A DNA stretch of 64,000 nt, from the sequence record MW349128.1; one strand, written 5' to 3'. The stretch's first letter is position 1. Each line of letters begins with the position of its first letter. The notes under the pieces were generated by a model that did not search any database, had not been told where the DNA came from, and saw only the letters and a list, made by a program, of their open reading frames with translations. Position numbers and translations under genes: made by a program. Shown here piece by piece: positions 1 to 10,150 of the stretch.

Positions 1-255
1 ATTAGAACTAAATGAAAATACAACTTTTTCTCTATCCGTATTTATTTTTATAATAGTCTCTTTAGGAGGTCTTAATATAAATCTATAATAAGGCATAATA
101 TATTCTTGGAAGTTCATTTCAATTCTAGAACGTTTAACATATTGAGAAATATCTTCAGTTGTTCCATCAGAATATAATGCTATAAGTTTTATATTAAACA
201 ATTTCTTACTTACTAAACTTTCTATCAACTCTTTTTCACCGACTTTCTTCTTCAT
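1..255 (-). CDS. Hypothetical protein, N-terminal 85 codons (runs off the window edge)
   Basis: Manual translation from ATG at 255 (MKKKVGEKELIESLVSKK...) is open to position 1; late-type promoter motif just upstream; not in the ORF track. Confidence 0.6.
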   Translation of the reverse strand, partial: MKKKVGEKELIESLVSKKLFNIKLIALYSDGTTEDISQYVKRSRIEMNFQEYIMPYYRFILRPPKETIIKINTDREKVVFSFSSN

Positions 256-263
256 ATCATTAA

Positions 264-275
264 TAAAATGATGTT
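264..275 (-). promoter_or_regulatory. Late-type promoter motif AACA-N6-TA
   Basis: Minus strand reads AACA TCATTT TA, 8 nt before the ATG at 255. Confidence 0.5.
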
Positions 276-319
276 ATTGCTATACATGGATTTTTATAAA
301 TTTACAAATGAATAATTAA

Positions 320-332
320 TTATATATTATAA
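320..332 (+). promoter_or_regulatory. Early-type promoter motif (variant)
   Basis: TTATATATTATAA upstream of the 356 ORF; matches the core of the recurrent AATATATATTAT motif. Confidence 0.45.
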
Positions 333-355
333 TACTGAAAGGATGTAGATAATCA

Positions 356-1498
356 ATGGATGTAGAAATAATTGAAAGAATAATAAATTCTAAAAAATTA
401 AATTACAATAAAATGACGGAATTGGTTAGACCTTATATAGAGGGAGGAAGATTTAGAGGAAATACTAATAATAATAATGTAACCATTTATATAGACATTA
501 ATAACGTTATTAAGCAATTATATTCACCTCAAGTTTCAGAGAATTTTACTCATTTAAAAACTAAAAATAGATTGAATTTAGTTGTTGAATTAGTAAATAT
601 TATAGGACATTATAGACATTTCTTTGCAAGTAGATTAAATATGCATTCTAGATTCTTTTTATTCTATTCAGATAAAGAATCAATATATCACACTTCAGTT
701 GATCCTGATTATAAAAAAGAATATTACAAGAAAATGAATGAAGATAATATAACTTATAGAGATATAAATAAGACTATATCAATAACATTAGAATTAGTTA
801 AAACAATCGTAAAGTATATACCTAATGCATATTATATTGATACTTATAAAATAGAACCTACTATATTACCTTATTATATTATGGAAAAAACAACTATAGA
901 TAATGAAAATGATTATTCTTTAATTGTAAGTAATGATAAAATATATAGACAATTATTAGATTATAAAGATAGACTACTACTTTTAGAATTAAGAGGATCT
1001 GAGAAGAGTAAAGTTATTTCCAAAGAAAATATAAAAGGAGAAATATTTAGTTCTAGCACAAAGAAAGATATTAATGATTTTATGAATATTGATTCTGGGA
1101 TCATAGATATTTTTAACTTATTTTCAGATCATAAGGATCAAGAATACAAATCTATATCTGGATATGGACCAGTAACTACAATTAAACTATTAGATAGAAT
1201 GATAGAAGATACAAAATTATCTCCTTTAAAAGAATATAATAATGAAACACTGTTAAGAGATACTTTTAAAGATTATTTAAAAGAAGAAAAATTAGAAGAG
1301 TTAATCAAACGCTTTAAGTTATTTGATCAAAAACACATTGTTGATGAAATTGATGGAAGTAAGATACAAAATATTTTATCTTCTCAAATAATAGATTTTA
1401 ATGACCCTTTAGAAATAAAAAGACTTAATGATGAATTATTTATAAATTCATTTATAAATATAGATTATTTATTTGAAGGAGAAATTAATAGAAACTAA
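356..1498 (+). CDS. 5'-3' exonuclease / flap endonuclease (T4 RNase H / FEN-like)
   Basis: N-terminal YIDINN, central LIVSNDKIYRQL and H3TH-like SISGYGPVTTIKLL motifs. Confidence 0.6.
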   Translation: MDVEIIERIINSKKLNYNKMTELVRPYIEGGRFRGNTNNNNVTIYIDINNVIKQLYSPQVSENFTHLKTKNRLNLVVELVNIIGHYRHFFASRLNMHSRFFLFYSDKESIYHTSVDPDYKKEYYKKMNEDNITYRDINKTISITLELVKTIVKYIPNAYYIDTYKIEPTILPYYIMEKTTIDNENDYSLIVSNDKIYRQLLDYKDRLLLLELRGSEKSKVISKENIKGEIFSSSTKKDINDFMNIDSGIIDIFNLFSDHKDQEYKSISGYGPVTTIKLLDRMIEDTKLSPLKEYNNETLLRDTFKDYLKEEKLEELIKRFKLFDQKHIVDEIDGSKIQNILSSQIIDFNDPLEIKRLNDELFINSFINIDYLFEGEINRN

Positions 1499-1514
1499 AA
1501 AAAAAAACAAAAAT

Positions 1515-1547
1515 ATCCCATACACTCAATTATAGAGTGTATGGGAT
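1515..1547. terminator. Bidirectional intrinsic terminator between convergent genes
   Basis: 13-bp stem ATCCCATACACTC/GAGTGTATGGGAT flanked by an A-run and a T-run. Confidence 0.8.
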
Positions 1548-1567
1548 TTAAAATTATTTTTTTTTTT

Positions 1568-3313
1568 TTAATAATTTGATATAAATTGTGATACTTCAGA
1601 AATGAAATATTTTTTATCAATATCAGCAATTACTTCTTCTTCAGAATTTAAATCTTCAGGAGTATAACTAAACTTGTAACCATTAACTAATGCAATTCTT
1701 AATATGAAATTATCTTTTTCAGTAATATCATTAATAAATTTATATTTATCCCAAGCAGATACATAGTATTTGTCCGCAATAACATCTAATGATAATTTAC
1801 CCACATTCTTAGCTTTAGTTCCAGAAACTACTTTTGAAGCAACTATCTTACCTAAAGTATCCATATTATTTTCAATTAATTCTTTAGACATGATTGCTAA
1901 TAAAGATACAATACTCTTTCTATCATTTGTATTAACATCAAAATGCTCAGCAAAATAAACTTTAATTAAATGAGATTGTAAATCATTTATATAATCAAAT
2001 TTGTCATATAAATGCTTAATATATTCTTCACTGATATTTAATTCTTTTAATTTTTCAGTGATATAACGATCAATAGTTATTTTATTAGCAATATCTAATC
2101 TTTCATTTTGCTTAAAGAAATTATTCATTTGGAATTTATCAAAACCATCTTCATCATCGTCATCATCTGTAGTTAATTTAATTGATCTGAACTTAATAGG
2201 ATATTTGAATTGGAATTCATAATCTATTGAGAATTTGATAACAGAAGTGAAATAAGATACTGCAGAAGTATCAACTAATAATTTACATACAATTTGTCTA
2301 ATGATTTTATCCATTATTTTATTGATTACAGTGTCTGGATCTATAGAACGTAAATCTAAAAACTTCCACATAACTCTATCATTATATTTTGTTTTAATTA
2401 CTTTAGGTTCTACTATCTTATAAAGTTTATTATTATTAGCTACATTATAATCTAAAGATGTAATACACATACAGTAATTAAATGCTTTAAAATATCCATT
2501 CTTAGTTCTCTCTTTATCTTCATCTGTATTTTTACAATGATATTTATTAGTAAGAACATAGTACTGATTAATAAAAGGTATAATAAATCTTTGCAATAAT
2601 GCAGTTGCTAAAAATGATTTGTTAACTTGGTCCGTAACTTGTAAATCTTTTTTAATGATTTTTTTGCTTTGTAACATTGCTTCTGCATTTGTCTTATCTA
2701 AATCAATGGTATAATTATCATTAACGATAGTACAAACAACATTTCTTAAATCTTCATCTTCAATTAAATCTTGAATATCTTGAAAGAATTCTTCTTCACT
2801 ATATTCATCTTTTTTACTAAATATTTTTTGACAAATATTAGCACATTTTAATATGATATGTGGTATTTCATTAAATATAAAATTCATGTCATTAACAATA
2901 TACTCTAATATACTCTTATAAGAACGTTGTTTGATTTGGATTGTAAATATGTCATTAATATAATCAGTATTCAAATTAGGTTTGTTTAATATCTTATGTA
3001 CATTAATGAATAATGTGTCATTAGTATTATCAGCAAATTTTATTAATTCTTCAATATCATCTCGCTGAATGATTTTAGTTTCAATCTTCTTATTACCATT
3101 TTTCTGAGTAACTTCTTTCTCATAAGTTTCTAAGTCTATTGAATTGATATACTTATTTGTAAACTCAAAATTACCTTTAACCGGTTTTAATTTAAAAACA
3201 TTACTAGATAATAAAGGTGTTTCTTTCTTTTCTTCTACCTTTTCTTCTATTTCATTCAAATTTAAATCTTCTTCGCTTAAATCTTTTCTCTCTATGACTT
3301 TATTGTTTTCCAA
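1568..3313 (-). CDS. 581-aa protein, candidate promoter-specificity (sigma-like) subunit of the non-virion RNAP
   Basis: No motif recognised directly; lies two genes downstream of the chaperonin, as AR9 gp226 does relative to gp228; early-type promoter upstream. Confidence 0.4.
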   Translation of the reverse strand: MENNKVIERKDLSEEDLNLNEIEEKVEEKKETPLLSSNVFKLKPVKGNFEFTNKYINSIDLETYEKEVTQKNGNKKIETKIIQRDDIEELIKFADNTNDTLFINVHKILNKPNLNTDYINDIFTIQIKQRSYKSILEYIVNDMNFIFNEIPHIILKCANICQKIFSKKDEYSEEEFFQDIQDLIEDEDLRNVVCTIVNDNYTIDLDKTNAEAMLQSKKIIKKDLQVTDQVNKSFLATALLQRFIIPFINQYYVLTNKYHCKNTDEDKERTKNGYFKAFNYCMCITSLDYNVANNNKLYKIVEPKVIKTKYNDRVMWKFLDLRSIDPDTVINKIMDKIIRQIVCKLLVDTSAVSYFTSVIKFSIDYEFQFKYPIKFRSIKLTTDDDDDEDGFDKFQMNNFFKQNERLDIANKITIDRYITEKLKELNISEEYIKHLYDKFDYINDLQSHLIKVYFAEHFDVNTNDRKSIVSLLAIMSKELIENNMDTLGKIVASKVVSGTKAKNVGKLSLDVIADKYYVSAWDKYKFINDITEKDNFILRIALVNGYKFSYTPEDLNSEEEVIADIDKKYFISEVSQFISNY

Positions 3314-3384
3314 TTAAGACACACTCTCCTTAGATAATTAATAAAATGATAAGTATATTTAAAATTATTATATTAAATACATTT

Positions 3385-3399
3385 TTATAATATATATTT
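3385..3399 (-). promoter_or_regulatory. Early-type promoter motif
   Basis: Minus strand AAATATATATTATAA upstream of the 3313 start. Confidence 0.6.
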
Positions 3400-3403
3400 A
3401 ACT

Positions 3404-4162
3404 TTATTTTCTCTTTTTGGTAGTCTTTACCTTTTTAACTTTTCCAATAGGTTTGGATTTACGATTGATTGGTTTTGTTTTCCTCTGCTGTTCTTGTCGT
3501 CTTTTATCTAATTGATTACTTATTTGCTTAGTTACAATATTTCTATTCTTTTCTTTTTGAGTATTTTGTTTTTTAATTCTATTGTATTCTTTTAACTTTA
3601 AATCTGAAGGCATAAAAGTTTTCTTAATTCTTTGTCTATTCGGTAATGTTAAATGTAAAGGATTTTTTAATGCTTTAGGATTTGTTTCTAAATACAATAG
3701 TGCAAAATAAACTGATTTTTCAAAACCGTATTCATGTCTAGGGTTTCTAACAACTGGAGCTTGAGTTAAAGCTTTTTTACCTAATTTATAACTCAACCAG
3801 CTAATAAGTAAATCATCTTTATTATATAAGTAACCGTATGTAAACATAAAGTTTGGAGAGTTACTTATAAATCTTATTAAATAATTATTAAGATCTTTAG
3901 TTTTAGCTGCTTTTTCATTAGGTGGTCTAAATTCTATGATTACGTCATAATGTAATCCATCTTTAAAGTAATCTTCTGAAGGTATTTGAAAATAGAAATA
4001 ATAGTTTTCTTGATGAAGAAATATCTTTAATTTAAAACTTCTTTTATTTTTCTTATATAAATAAGAAAATCTTGTTCTCATATCTAAAATAATACGATCA
4101 CGTCTAGCTACAGTGGCTGATCCCTTTCCTGTAGGGTTTTTAAGGAATTGAGAAGCTGTCAT
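3404..4162 (-). CDS. Hypothetical protein (252 aa, basic C-terminal tail)
   Basis: Start moved to ATG 4162 (MTASQFLKNP) because AAGGAGG lies just upstream; the track start at TTG 4234 has no RBS. Confidence 0.7.
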   Translation of the reverse strand: MTASQFLKNPTGKGSATVARRDRIILDMRTRFSYLYKKNKRSFKLKIFLHQENYYFYFQIPSEDYFKDGLHYDVIIEFRPPNEKAAKTKDLNNYLIRFISNSPNFMFTYGYLYNKDDLLISWLSYKLGKKALTQAPVVRNPRHEYGFEKSVYFALLYLETNPKALKNPLHLTLPNRQRIKKTFMPSDLKLKEYNRIKKQNTQKEKNRNIVTKQISNQLDKRRQEQQRKTKPINRKSKPIGKVKKVKTTKKRK

Positions 4163-4299
4163 ATTAACCAATAAAAATTCCTCCTTATTTTCTACTACAT
4201 TTTTAATTATAACAAAACTTTTATAAAAAAGCAAGTAAAAGTTTAATAAAAATCAAAATTTTAAAAATGTATATAATTTTAATTGATTTGCAAAAATAA

Positions 4300-4335
4300 A
4301 CCGAAACCATTAATTAAATTCATAATGGTTTCGGT
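4300..4335 (-). terminator. Intrinsic terminator after the chaperonin gene
   Basis: 13-bp stem ACCGAAACCATTA/TAATGGTTTCGGT followed by a T-rich tract on the minus strand. Confidence 0.7.
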
Positions 4336-4347
4336 AGAGTTTAAATT

Positions 4348-6105
4348 TTAATCTTGTGGAATAATTAAAGAATTAGTTAAGAATTGGTTACTTAATGAAA
4401 TTAATCCAATAATACTAATTGTAGTTTCTAGTATTTTAATATCTGTTTCTACAGAGTTTATAATATCAGTTTCTGTATCATCTTCATATTCAGCAGTTTT
4501 AATATTATAAATTGCATCTTTACTAATACAAGTCTGAGTCATAGATTCTATTTCAGGTTTTTTAAATCTATTGAAGTTTTCTAATACTTTATGATATACT
4601 TCACGAGAAGAAATATCAATTAAGTCTAAGACTAATCTATCTAAATCAGATAATTTTTCTGTATCAATATTTTTGATAACTTTATTTACTGATAAATTTC
4701 CTCCAGATACATAACCAAATTTCAATGCTGATTTAGAAGCATGTACTGAATCCTCTACTAAATATTTACGAGAGATTTTTTCTGCTTGAGAAGATCCACC
4801 AACATATAACTTAGCAATTGCACTATTTAAAGAATTAGCTCTACGTTGTAATGTAGTAATTTCTCCAATAGCTTGTTCTGAATTCATATCTGCAAAATAA
4901 CTAATTTCATTATTTATTTCTGCAATACGATCTTTCAATCTTCTAGCACCAGTTTCAGTTTTATTACCATGACCTTCAATGATTTGAGTTTTAAAAGAAT
5001 CAATTAGAAATCTTTCAGTACGACCTACGTATTGTTGTTGGAATTCCATCCAATTTAATGGATTACTTCTAGAATCTTCTAATTTATCAACAATATTCTT
5101 TTTAAAATCTTCTGGATCAATTGTCATATCAATAACATTTGAACCTACATATATTGCAAGATCTTCTAATTCTTCAGGGTCTTTACTATAAGATGCTACA
5201 GATAATTCAAATTCAGCTTCAGCTGCCTTTAAACCTCCATTATTACGGTTAGCATTTAATAATACTTTTACCCAACTAATAAATTCTTTAGAAAAGCTAG
5301 GTGCAACAAATACTAAACCTTTACTAGAGAAAGGTTGTAAAGAAGTAACAATCTCACTACACCATTTAATGTCTTCTTCTTTTAGTTTATCATTAACTAC
5401 TACTACATGAGGTTTATTAAAATCAACTGAATGATTTTCTTTATCATTAATTAATTTATTATCTAATAACGCATTATTTTTCTCAATACCTTTAGTTAAT
5501 GAGTAGTAATCTTCTTCATTGTCTGAAATTTCAGGTGTAATAAAACCATTTTTACCTATTTGAGAAAAGATTTCGTAAACCATCTCACCTAATTTTTCAT
5601 CATTGTTGTTTGATACTGTAGCAATATTTTTTAATTTATAGAAATTGTCTTCATTAATTTCTATAGATTTATCTTTTAAACCTTCTGTAATTAAATCTTT
5701 CATGTTATTTAATGAATCGGAAATTTCTTTACGAGAGAAACCACCTAAATCATCTTTTTCTTTTAATCTAGCATTAATTTCTTTAAACATAGCTTGAGAA
5801 TTAATTACTGAAGAAGTAGATCCATCGCCTACAGTTTTAACTAGTGATAATGAAACTTCTTTAATGAAGTTTAATATCGCTGCAGCAATAGTATCTTGAA
5901 ATCTAATATTTTTTAAAATATTATATCCGTCTTTAGTCACAAATCTACTAATACCATCATCAAATATTGTAGTAGAACCATAATAACCTAAAGATTTCAT
6001 TAATGTACTAGAAATAGTGTCAATTGTTAATTCAGCTATTTCTTTGTATGAATCTTCATCTACTATATTTGATACTAACTTTTTATTTTTCTTATGTTCA
6101 CTCAT
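4348..6105 (-). CDS. groEL: Phage chaperonin (GroEL-like)
   Basis: KSLGYYG, VGDGSTSS (GDGTTT-like), LYVGG..EK and VEDSVHASKSALKFGYVSGG motifs; 585 aa. Confidence 0.92.
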   Translation of the reverse strand: MSEHKKNKKLVSNIVDEDSYKEIAELTIDTISSTLMKSLGYYGSTTIFDDGISRFVTKDGYNILKNIRFQDTIAAAILNFIKEVSLSLVKTVGDGSTSSVINSQAMFKEINARLKEKDDLGGFSRKEISDSLNNMKDLITEGLKDKSIEINEDNFYKLKNIATVSNNNDEKLGEMVYEIFSQIGKNGFITPEISDNEEDYYSLTKGIEKNNALLDNKLINDKENHSVDFNKPHVVVVNDKLKEEDIKWCSEIVTSLQPFSSKGLVFVAPSFSKEFISWVKVLLNANRNNGGLKAAEAEFELSVASYSKDPEELEDLAIYVGSNVIDMTIDPEDFKKNIVDKLEDSRSNPLNWMEFQQQYVGRTERFLIDSFKTQIIEGHGNKTETGARRLKDRIAEINNEISYFADMNSEQAIGEITTLQRRANSLNSAIAKLYVGGSSQAEKISRKYLVEDSVHASKSALKFGYVSGGNLSVNKVIKNIDTEKLSDLDRLVLDLIDISSREVYHKVLENFNRFKKPEIESMTQTCISKDAIYNIKTAEYEDDTETDIINSVETDIKILETTISIIGLISLSNQFLTNSLIIPQD

Positions 6106-6122
6106 TTAAGCAATTCTCTCCT

Positions 6123-6416
6123 TTATACCACTGAAATTCTTATAGAATCCTTGTTGTCTTCGATTTTTAAATTTTTTTTATAAAGAGCTTTTTCTTTTAA
6201 TTTTTCTTTTTCTTCAGTTTCTAATATAATGTAATTAAATTCATTATTATCTTTAGAAAATCCTTCTTTAATTTTATAATCTATGTCATATAAAAGGTCT
6301 ACAAAAAGTAAACCTTTATTTGAATGACATAAAGATGATAAAAGATTTTCATCATTATCAACTAGTGAATCATAAATATGAAGGATTTTCTGACTCTCTT
6401 TTGTACTAAGAACCAT
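6123..6416 (-). CDS. Hypothetical protein
   Basis: 97-aa ORF with AAGGATGG RBS, co-oriented in the operon. Confidence 0.6.
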   Translation of the reverse strand: MVLSTKESQKILHIYDSLVDNDENLLSSLCHSNKGLLFVDLLYDIDYKIKEGFSKDNNEFNYIILETEEKEKLKEKALYKKNLKIEDNKDSIRISVV

Positions 6417-6439
6417 TAGGAAAATCCATCCTTTCTTTA

Positions 6440-6637
6440 TTAACTATTAAGATGTCTAGGTAGATCCAACTTAGGCATACCATTATCAAAATCTTTTCTA
6501 GTAGCAGATTCAACTTTTTTCTGCTGTAATCGTTTATTTTTCATTTCTTTTTCTTTAGCTTTTGTCATTGAATTAAGTATATTCAAATCCATAGTAAGTA
6601 TTTCATTAAAACTTAAACGCCCTTCAAAGAGGTCCAA
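6440..6637 (-). CDS. Small helical protein, possibly a frameshift extension of the upstream gene
   Basis: Frame is open upstream to 6754 and overlaps the end of 6706..8157; no RBS at the TTG. Confidence 0.5.
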   Translation of the reverse strand: MDLFEGRLSFNEILTMDLNILNSMTKAKEKEMKNKRLQQKKVESATRKDFDNGMPKLDLPRHLNS

Positions 6638-6705
6638 TAGATAAGCAAGATAAGCGGCATCTTCATATACTTTTTTCTTATATTGCTTACTATCGACAGT
6701 ATTGA

Positions 6706-8157
6706 TTAAACCAAATGAAGAGCTTCCTTGAAAAGTACTTCTGTCATATCGATATCAATTTTTCCAAGATCATTTCCACAATTAGGACATTTAGCTCCAT
6801 TAATTGCATATTCTATAGCATTTTTACCTACAGAATCATAGATCTTATCAGTTAATTGATGCCCATCACGTACAGATAAGTTCTCAATAATTGTCATAAT
6901 TTCTTGAAGTGATTCTTCAGGAATTTTTTGGAATTTAGGTTTTCCATCTTCTTTAAGAGATTTTAAATCTGGTACGTATACATTTTTAACATGCATTAAA
7001 GCAGTTGAGTTATTTTTAAATCTATCCGCTTCTTCTGGACTTAATCCATCTGTATGAATACTTGCTAATACAGTTAAATGTTTATCAATAGTAGGTGTGA
7101 TAATATCAAAGATAATTTTAGAGTCATTTAACATAATTCTTTCAGTTTTAGAAATTAATGAATGCTTTTCATTTTCTTCTTTAGTTGTAATATTATGAAC
7201 ATTTTTAGTTACATGTTCATAAGCTTTTTCATCTTTAAATGACATTAATTGATCGTTAGAGATTTTAACGTCTTTAAGTTCTTCTTTACAACTACCACAT
7301 TTAATATCAAATTTAGTCTCACCAGGGAATGAAATATTGTATAATCCGTATTCTAAAGTACTAACATCATATACAGAAGTTAACTTAGCAAAATCTGAGA
7401 AGTTTTTAATTCCTAATGAATTTGTATTAACTTTATGGAAGTATAACTGATATCTTTTTAAAACTGAATTATAATCATCATCAATAGATTCTGCAATAGA
7501 AAGAATTTCTTGGTTACGTAAACTTTCCATATGAGCAATATAAGCTGATTGTGATAATACTACTTGATGTGTAGCTTTACTATTTAATACAAAATTAGTA
7601 TTTTCTTTATTAACATCATAGTCAATATCTGAAATAATTTCAATATTATTTAAATCTACATTAATATTACTTAAAATATTATTTCTTTCATTAGAATCAA
7701 TTTTAGAAAGTTCTTCAATTTCTTTTTGAACTTTTTGTTGATGTCTATTAAGATCTTGTTGATGACTTTCAAATTGATCTAAAGTCATAGATTCAGTATC
7801 TTCTGCTGGAGAAGATAAGGTAGGTTCTTCGTTTTTTTGAGTTAAATGATCATAGTCTTTATAATTTTGAGCCGGTTCTGGTTGAGACAAATCAATATGA
7901 TCAGTTTTAGCTTCTTCATTTTGTTTTTGGTCATTCTTATTTCTTTGAGTCGGAATAGCCGATTTATTTTGGTTATTATTTTTCTTACGTTTATTTTTAT
8001 TACCATTTCTATTATTATTTTTATTTCGGTTATTTTGTGATTTATTTTGATTATTATTTGTTTCTTCTTGCTTTTTATCAACGTCTACGCCTAATTCTTT
8101 TAATTCATCTTCTGACATGAAGTTATCAAGTTCATTATTGTCTGCTTTTCTTACCAT
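6706..8157 (-). CDS. Baseplate hub / tail assembly chaperone-like protein with an Asn-rich N-terminus
   Basis: Two CxxC pairs (KCGSC, KCPNC) as in T4 gp26/gp51-like proteins; next to a gp25-like gene. Confidence 0.5.
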   Translation of the reverse strand: MVRKADNNELDNFMSEDELKELGVDVDKKQEETNNNQNKSQNNRNKNNNRNGNKNKRKKNNNQNKSAIPTQRNKNDQKQNEEAKTDHIDLSQPEPAQNYKDYDHLTQKNEEPTLSSPAEDTESMTLDQFESHQQDLNRHQQKVQKEIEELSKIDSNERNNILSNINVDLNNIEIISDIDYDVNKENTNFVLNSKATHQVVLSQSAYIAHMESLRNQEILSIAESIDDDYNSVLKRYQLYFHKVNTNSLGIKNFSDFAKLTSVYDVSTLEYGLYNISFPGETKFDIKCGSCKEELKDVKISNDQLMSFKDEKAYEHVTKNVHNITTKEENEKHSLISKTERIMLNDSKIIFDIITPTIDKHLTVLASIHTDGLSPEEADRFKNNSTALMHVKNVYVPDLKSLKEDGKPKFQKIPEESLQEIMTIIENLSVRDGHQLTDKIYDSVGKNAIEYAINGAKCPNCGNDLGKIDIDMTEVLFKEALHLV

Positions 8158-8194
8158 TTATAATATTCTCCATTCTTTTCTTTTAATTTTATAT

Positions 8195-8647
8195 TTAAGC
8201 AAGTACTAATTTAGTTACCATTTTCTTAGTTAAATTATTTGAAGCAAATACGAATGAAAATATCTGTTGGTTATTTATATCTAATATATCAGATAAATTA
8301 ACATCTATTTTTAAACTATTTATATTCGCATTACTATTTTCTAATTTACTTATTTTTACTTCAACATTTACTGACTGAGAGACTATATATCTTGTTATTT
8401 GATTATTTATATTGGCACTTATATCCATAATTGTATCATTATCTAAAATTTCAAATAAATAATCTTCAATACCAACTCCTAAACCAGGAGTATTTGGATA
8501 TGTACCAGGTTTCATAATGATTAAATTCTGTATCGTCTGTCCCATGGCTTCCATGTCATCTAACATCATTTGACGGTTATATACATTTTGAGCCATAAAT
8601 ATTTCTTTTCTAAAATGTTTTGTATCTTTAGCGATATAATTCACCAA
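8195..8647 (-). CDS. Baseplate wedge subunit (T4 gp25-like)
   Basis: MKPGTYPNTPGLGVGIEDYLFE matches the gp25/GPW family pattern. Confidence 0.7.
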   Translation of the reverse strand: MVNYIAKDTKHFRKEIFMAQNVYNRQMMLDDMEAMGQTIQNLIIMKPGTYPNTPGLGVGIEDYLFEILDNDTIMDISANINNQITRYIVSQSVNVEVKISKLENSNANINSLKIDVNLSDILDINNQQIFSFVFASNNLTKKMVTKLVLA

Positions 8648-8723
8648 CTTTCAATATTTATACTATATAATATTATATTATATAAAATAATATATCCTTA
8701 ATTTTTTATGTATAAATGATAGA

Positions 8724-8735
8724 AACAACATCTTA
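8724..8735 (+). promoter_or_regulatory. Late-type promoter motif AACA-N6-TA
   Basis: AACA ACATCT TA upstream of the 8769 gene. Confidence 0.6.
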
Positions 8736-8768
8736 TAAATAATGAGAGAAAGAACGGTGAATTTAATA

Positions 8769-9503
8769 ATGGCAACAAAATATCATAAATGTCCTTTCTG
8801 TGATAAAAAATATATTAACAAAAGTGGTTTATATAACCATATGGGAAAAACACATCCTTTAGAATTGGGTGATTTATCTCCAGCAAATGTATATTTTAAT
8901 TTCAGAAATAAGAAAACTCATGGTACATGCATTATATGTGGTAAACCAACTAAATTTAATGAACAAACTGAAAAGTATGAACGTGTACATGATAAAGTAT
9001 GTAAAGATAAATATAGACAGCAGTTTAAAGATAGAATGAATAAAAAGTACGGTAAAACAACTTTACTAAATGATCCAGACATGCAAAATAAAATGTTAGA
9101 AAATAGAAGAATTTCAGGTAAATATCATTGGAGTTCTGGTAAAGGATTACCTACACAATATGTAGGATCGTATGAAAAAGATTTCTTAGAATTCTTAGAT
9201 AAACAGATGGATCTTAAGTCAAATAATGTATTATCACCATCAAATATAGCATTACCTTATAAATTTGCTAATAAAGAACATTTTTACATGCCCGATTTTT
9301 ACATGCCTGATTTTAATTTATTAATAGAAATTAAAGGTAGAAATAATCATTATCAAAAACGTGATGAAATTAAAGAAAAGAAAAAAGATGAAGTTGCTAA
9401 AAATTCAGGATACAATTATATAAAAGTAGTAGACAAAAATTATAATGAATTTATTAATCTCATAGGAAAATTACGTGAAAATGATGGTATTAAAGCAAAA
9501 TAA
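8769..9503 (+). CDS. Zinc-finger plus PD-(D/E)XK nuclease-domain protein
   Basis: C2H2 finger CPFC...H...H, second CIIC motif, C-terminal YMPDF..LLIEIKG; start moved to the ATG after the GGTG RBS. Confidence 0.6.
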   Translation: MATKYHKCPFCDKKYINKSGLYNHMGKTHPLELGDLSPANVYFNFRNKKTHGTCIICGKPTKFNEQTEKYERVHDKVCKDKYRQQFKDRMNKKYGKTTLLNDPDMQNKMLENRRISGKYHWSSGKGLPTQYVGSYEKDFLEFLDKQMDLKSNNVLSPSNIALPYKFANKEHFYMPDFYMPDFNLLIEIKGRNNHYQKRDEIKEKKKDEVAKNSGYNYIKVVDKNYNEFINLIGKLRENDGIKAK

Positions 9504-9573
9504 GGTATTATTTTTTTATATTTTCTGAAGAATAAAATATTATAATAATTGAATTCTGAGGAGAGATTTGGAT

Positions 9574-10134
9574 ATGAAAAAATTTATTTTATTATGTGGA
9601 GTTTCAGGAAGTGGAAAATCTTATTTGGCTGAAAATTTAGTAACCCAAAAAGATTTTCCACATTTATCTTTCAAAAAATTAGATCAAGTAACAACTAGAC
9701 CAATTAGAGATAATGAAATTGATGGAAAAGATTATGTGTTTTTAAATAAAGAGGAATACGATTCTATGAAAGATAAATTAATTGCTAAAACCAATTTCTA
9801 TGAAAATTATTATGGAACTATTGATCAAAGCTATAGATACCCAGAAAATGGTTTATACAATGTAAATATAATCATTGTAAATAGAGAAGGCAGAGATGCT
9901 TCTGTAAGAGATATTAAAGAAAAATATGGTAATGAATCAGATATAGTAACAATTCAAGTTATTAATGAAAATAATCAAATTAAACGTGAAGGAAGAAATG
10001 AAAAAGATTTGATTAAAGAAAAAGAAGATCTAGATGAAATTACTGATATTAATGTATATAATAATACAGGAGATTGGTTATCTGAAAAAGACTTTATTAA
10101 AACTTTGATTAAACATAAATTTGTTAATCAATAA
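9574..10134 (+). CDS. gmk: Guanylate kinase-like protein
   Basis: P-loop GVSGSGKS and TTRPIRDNEIDGKDYVF signature. Confidence 0.8.
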   Translation: MKKFILLCGVSGSGKSYLAENLVTQKDFPHLSFKKLDQVTTRPIRDNEIDGKDYVFLNKEEYDSMKDKLIAKTNFYENYYGTIDQSYRYPENGLYNVNIIIVNREGRDASVRDIKEKYGNESDIVTIQVINENNQIKREGRNEKDLIKEKEDLDEITDINVYNNTGDWLSEKDFIKTLIKHKFVNQ

Positions 10135-10150
10135 TATTATATGAAAAGGA

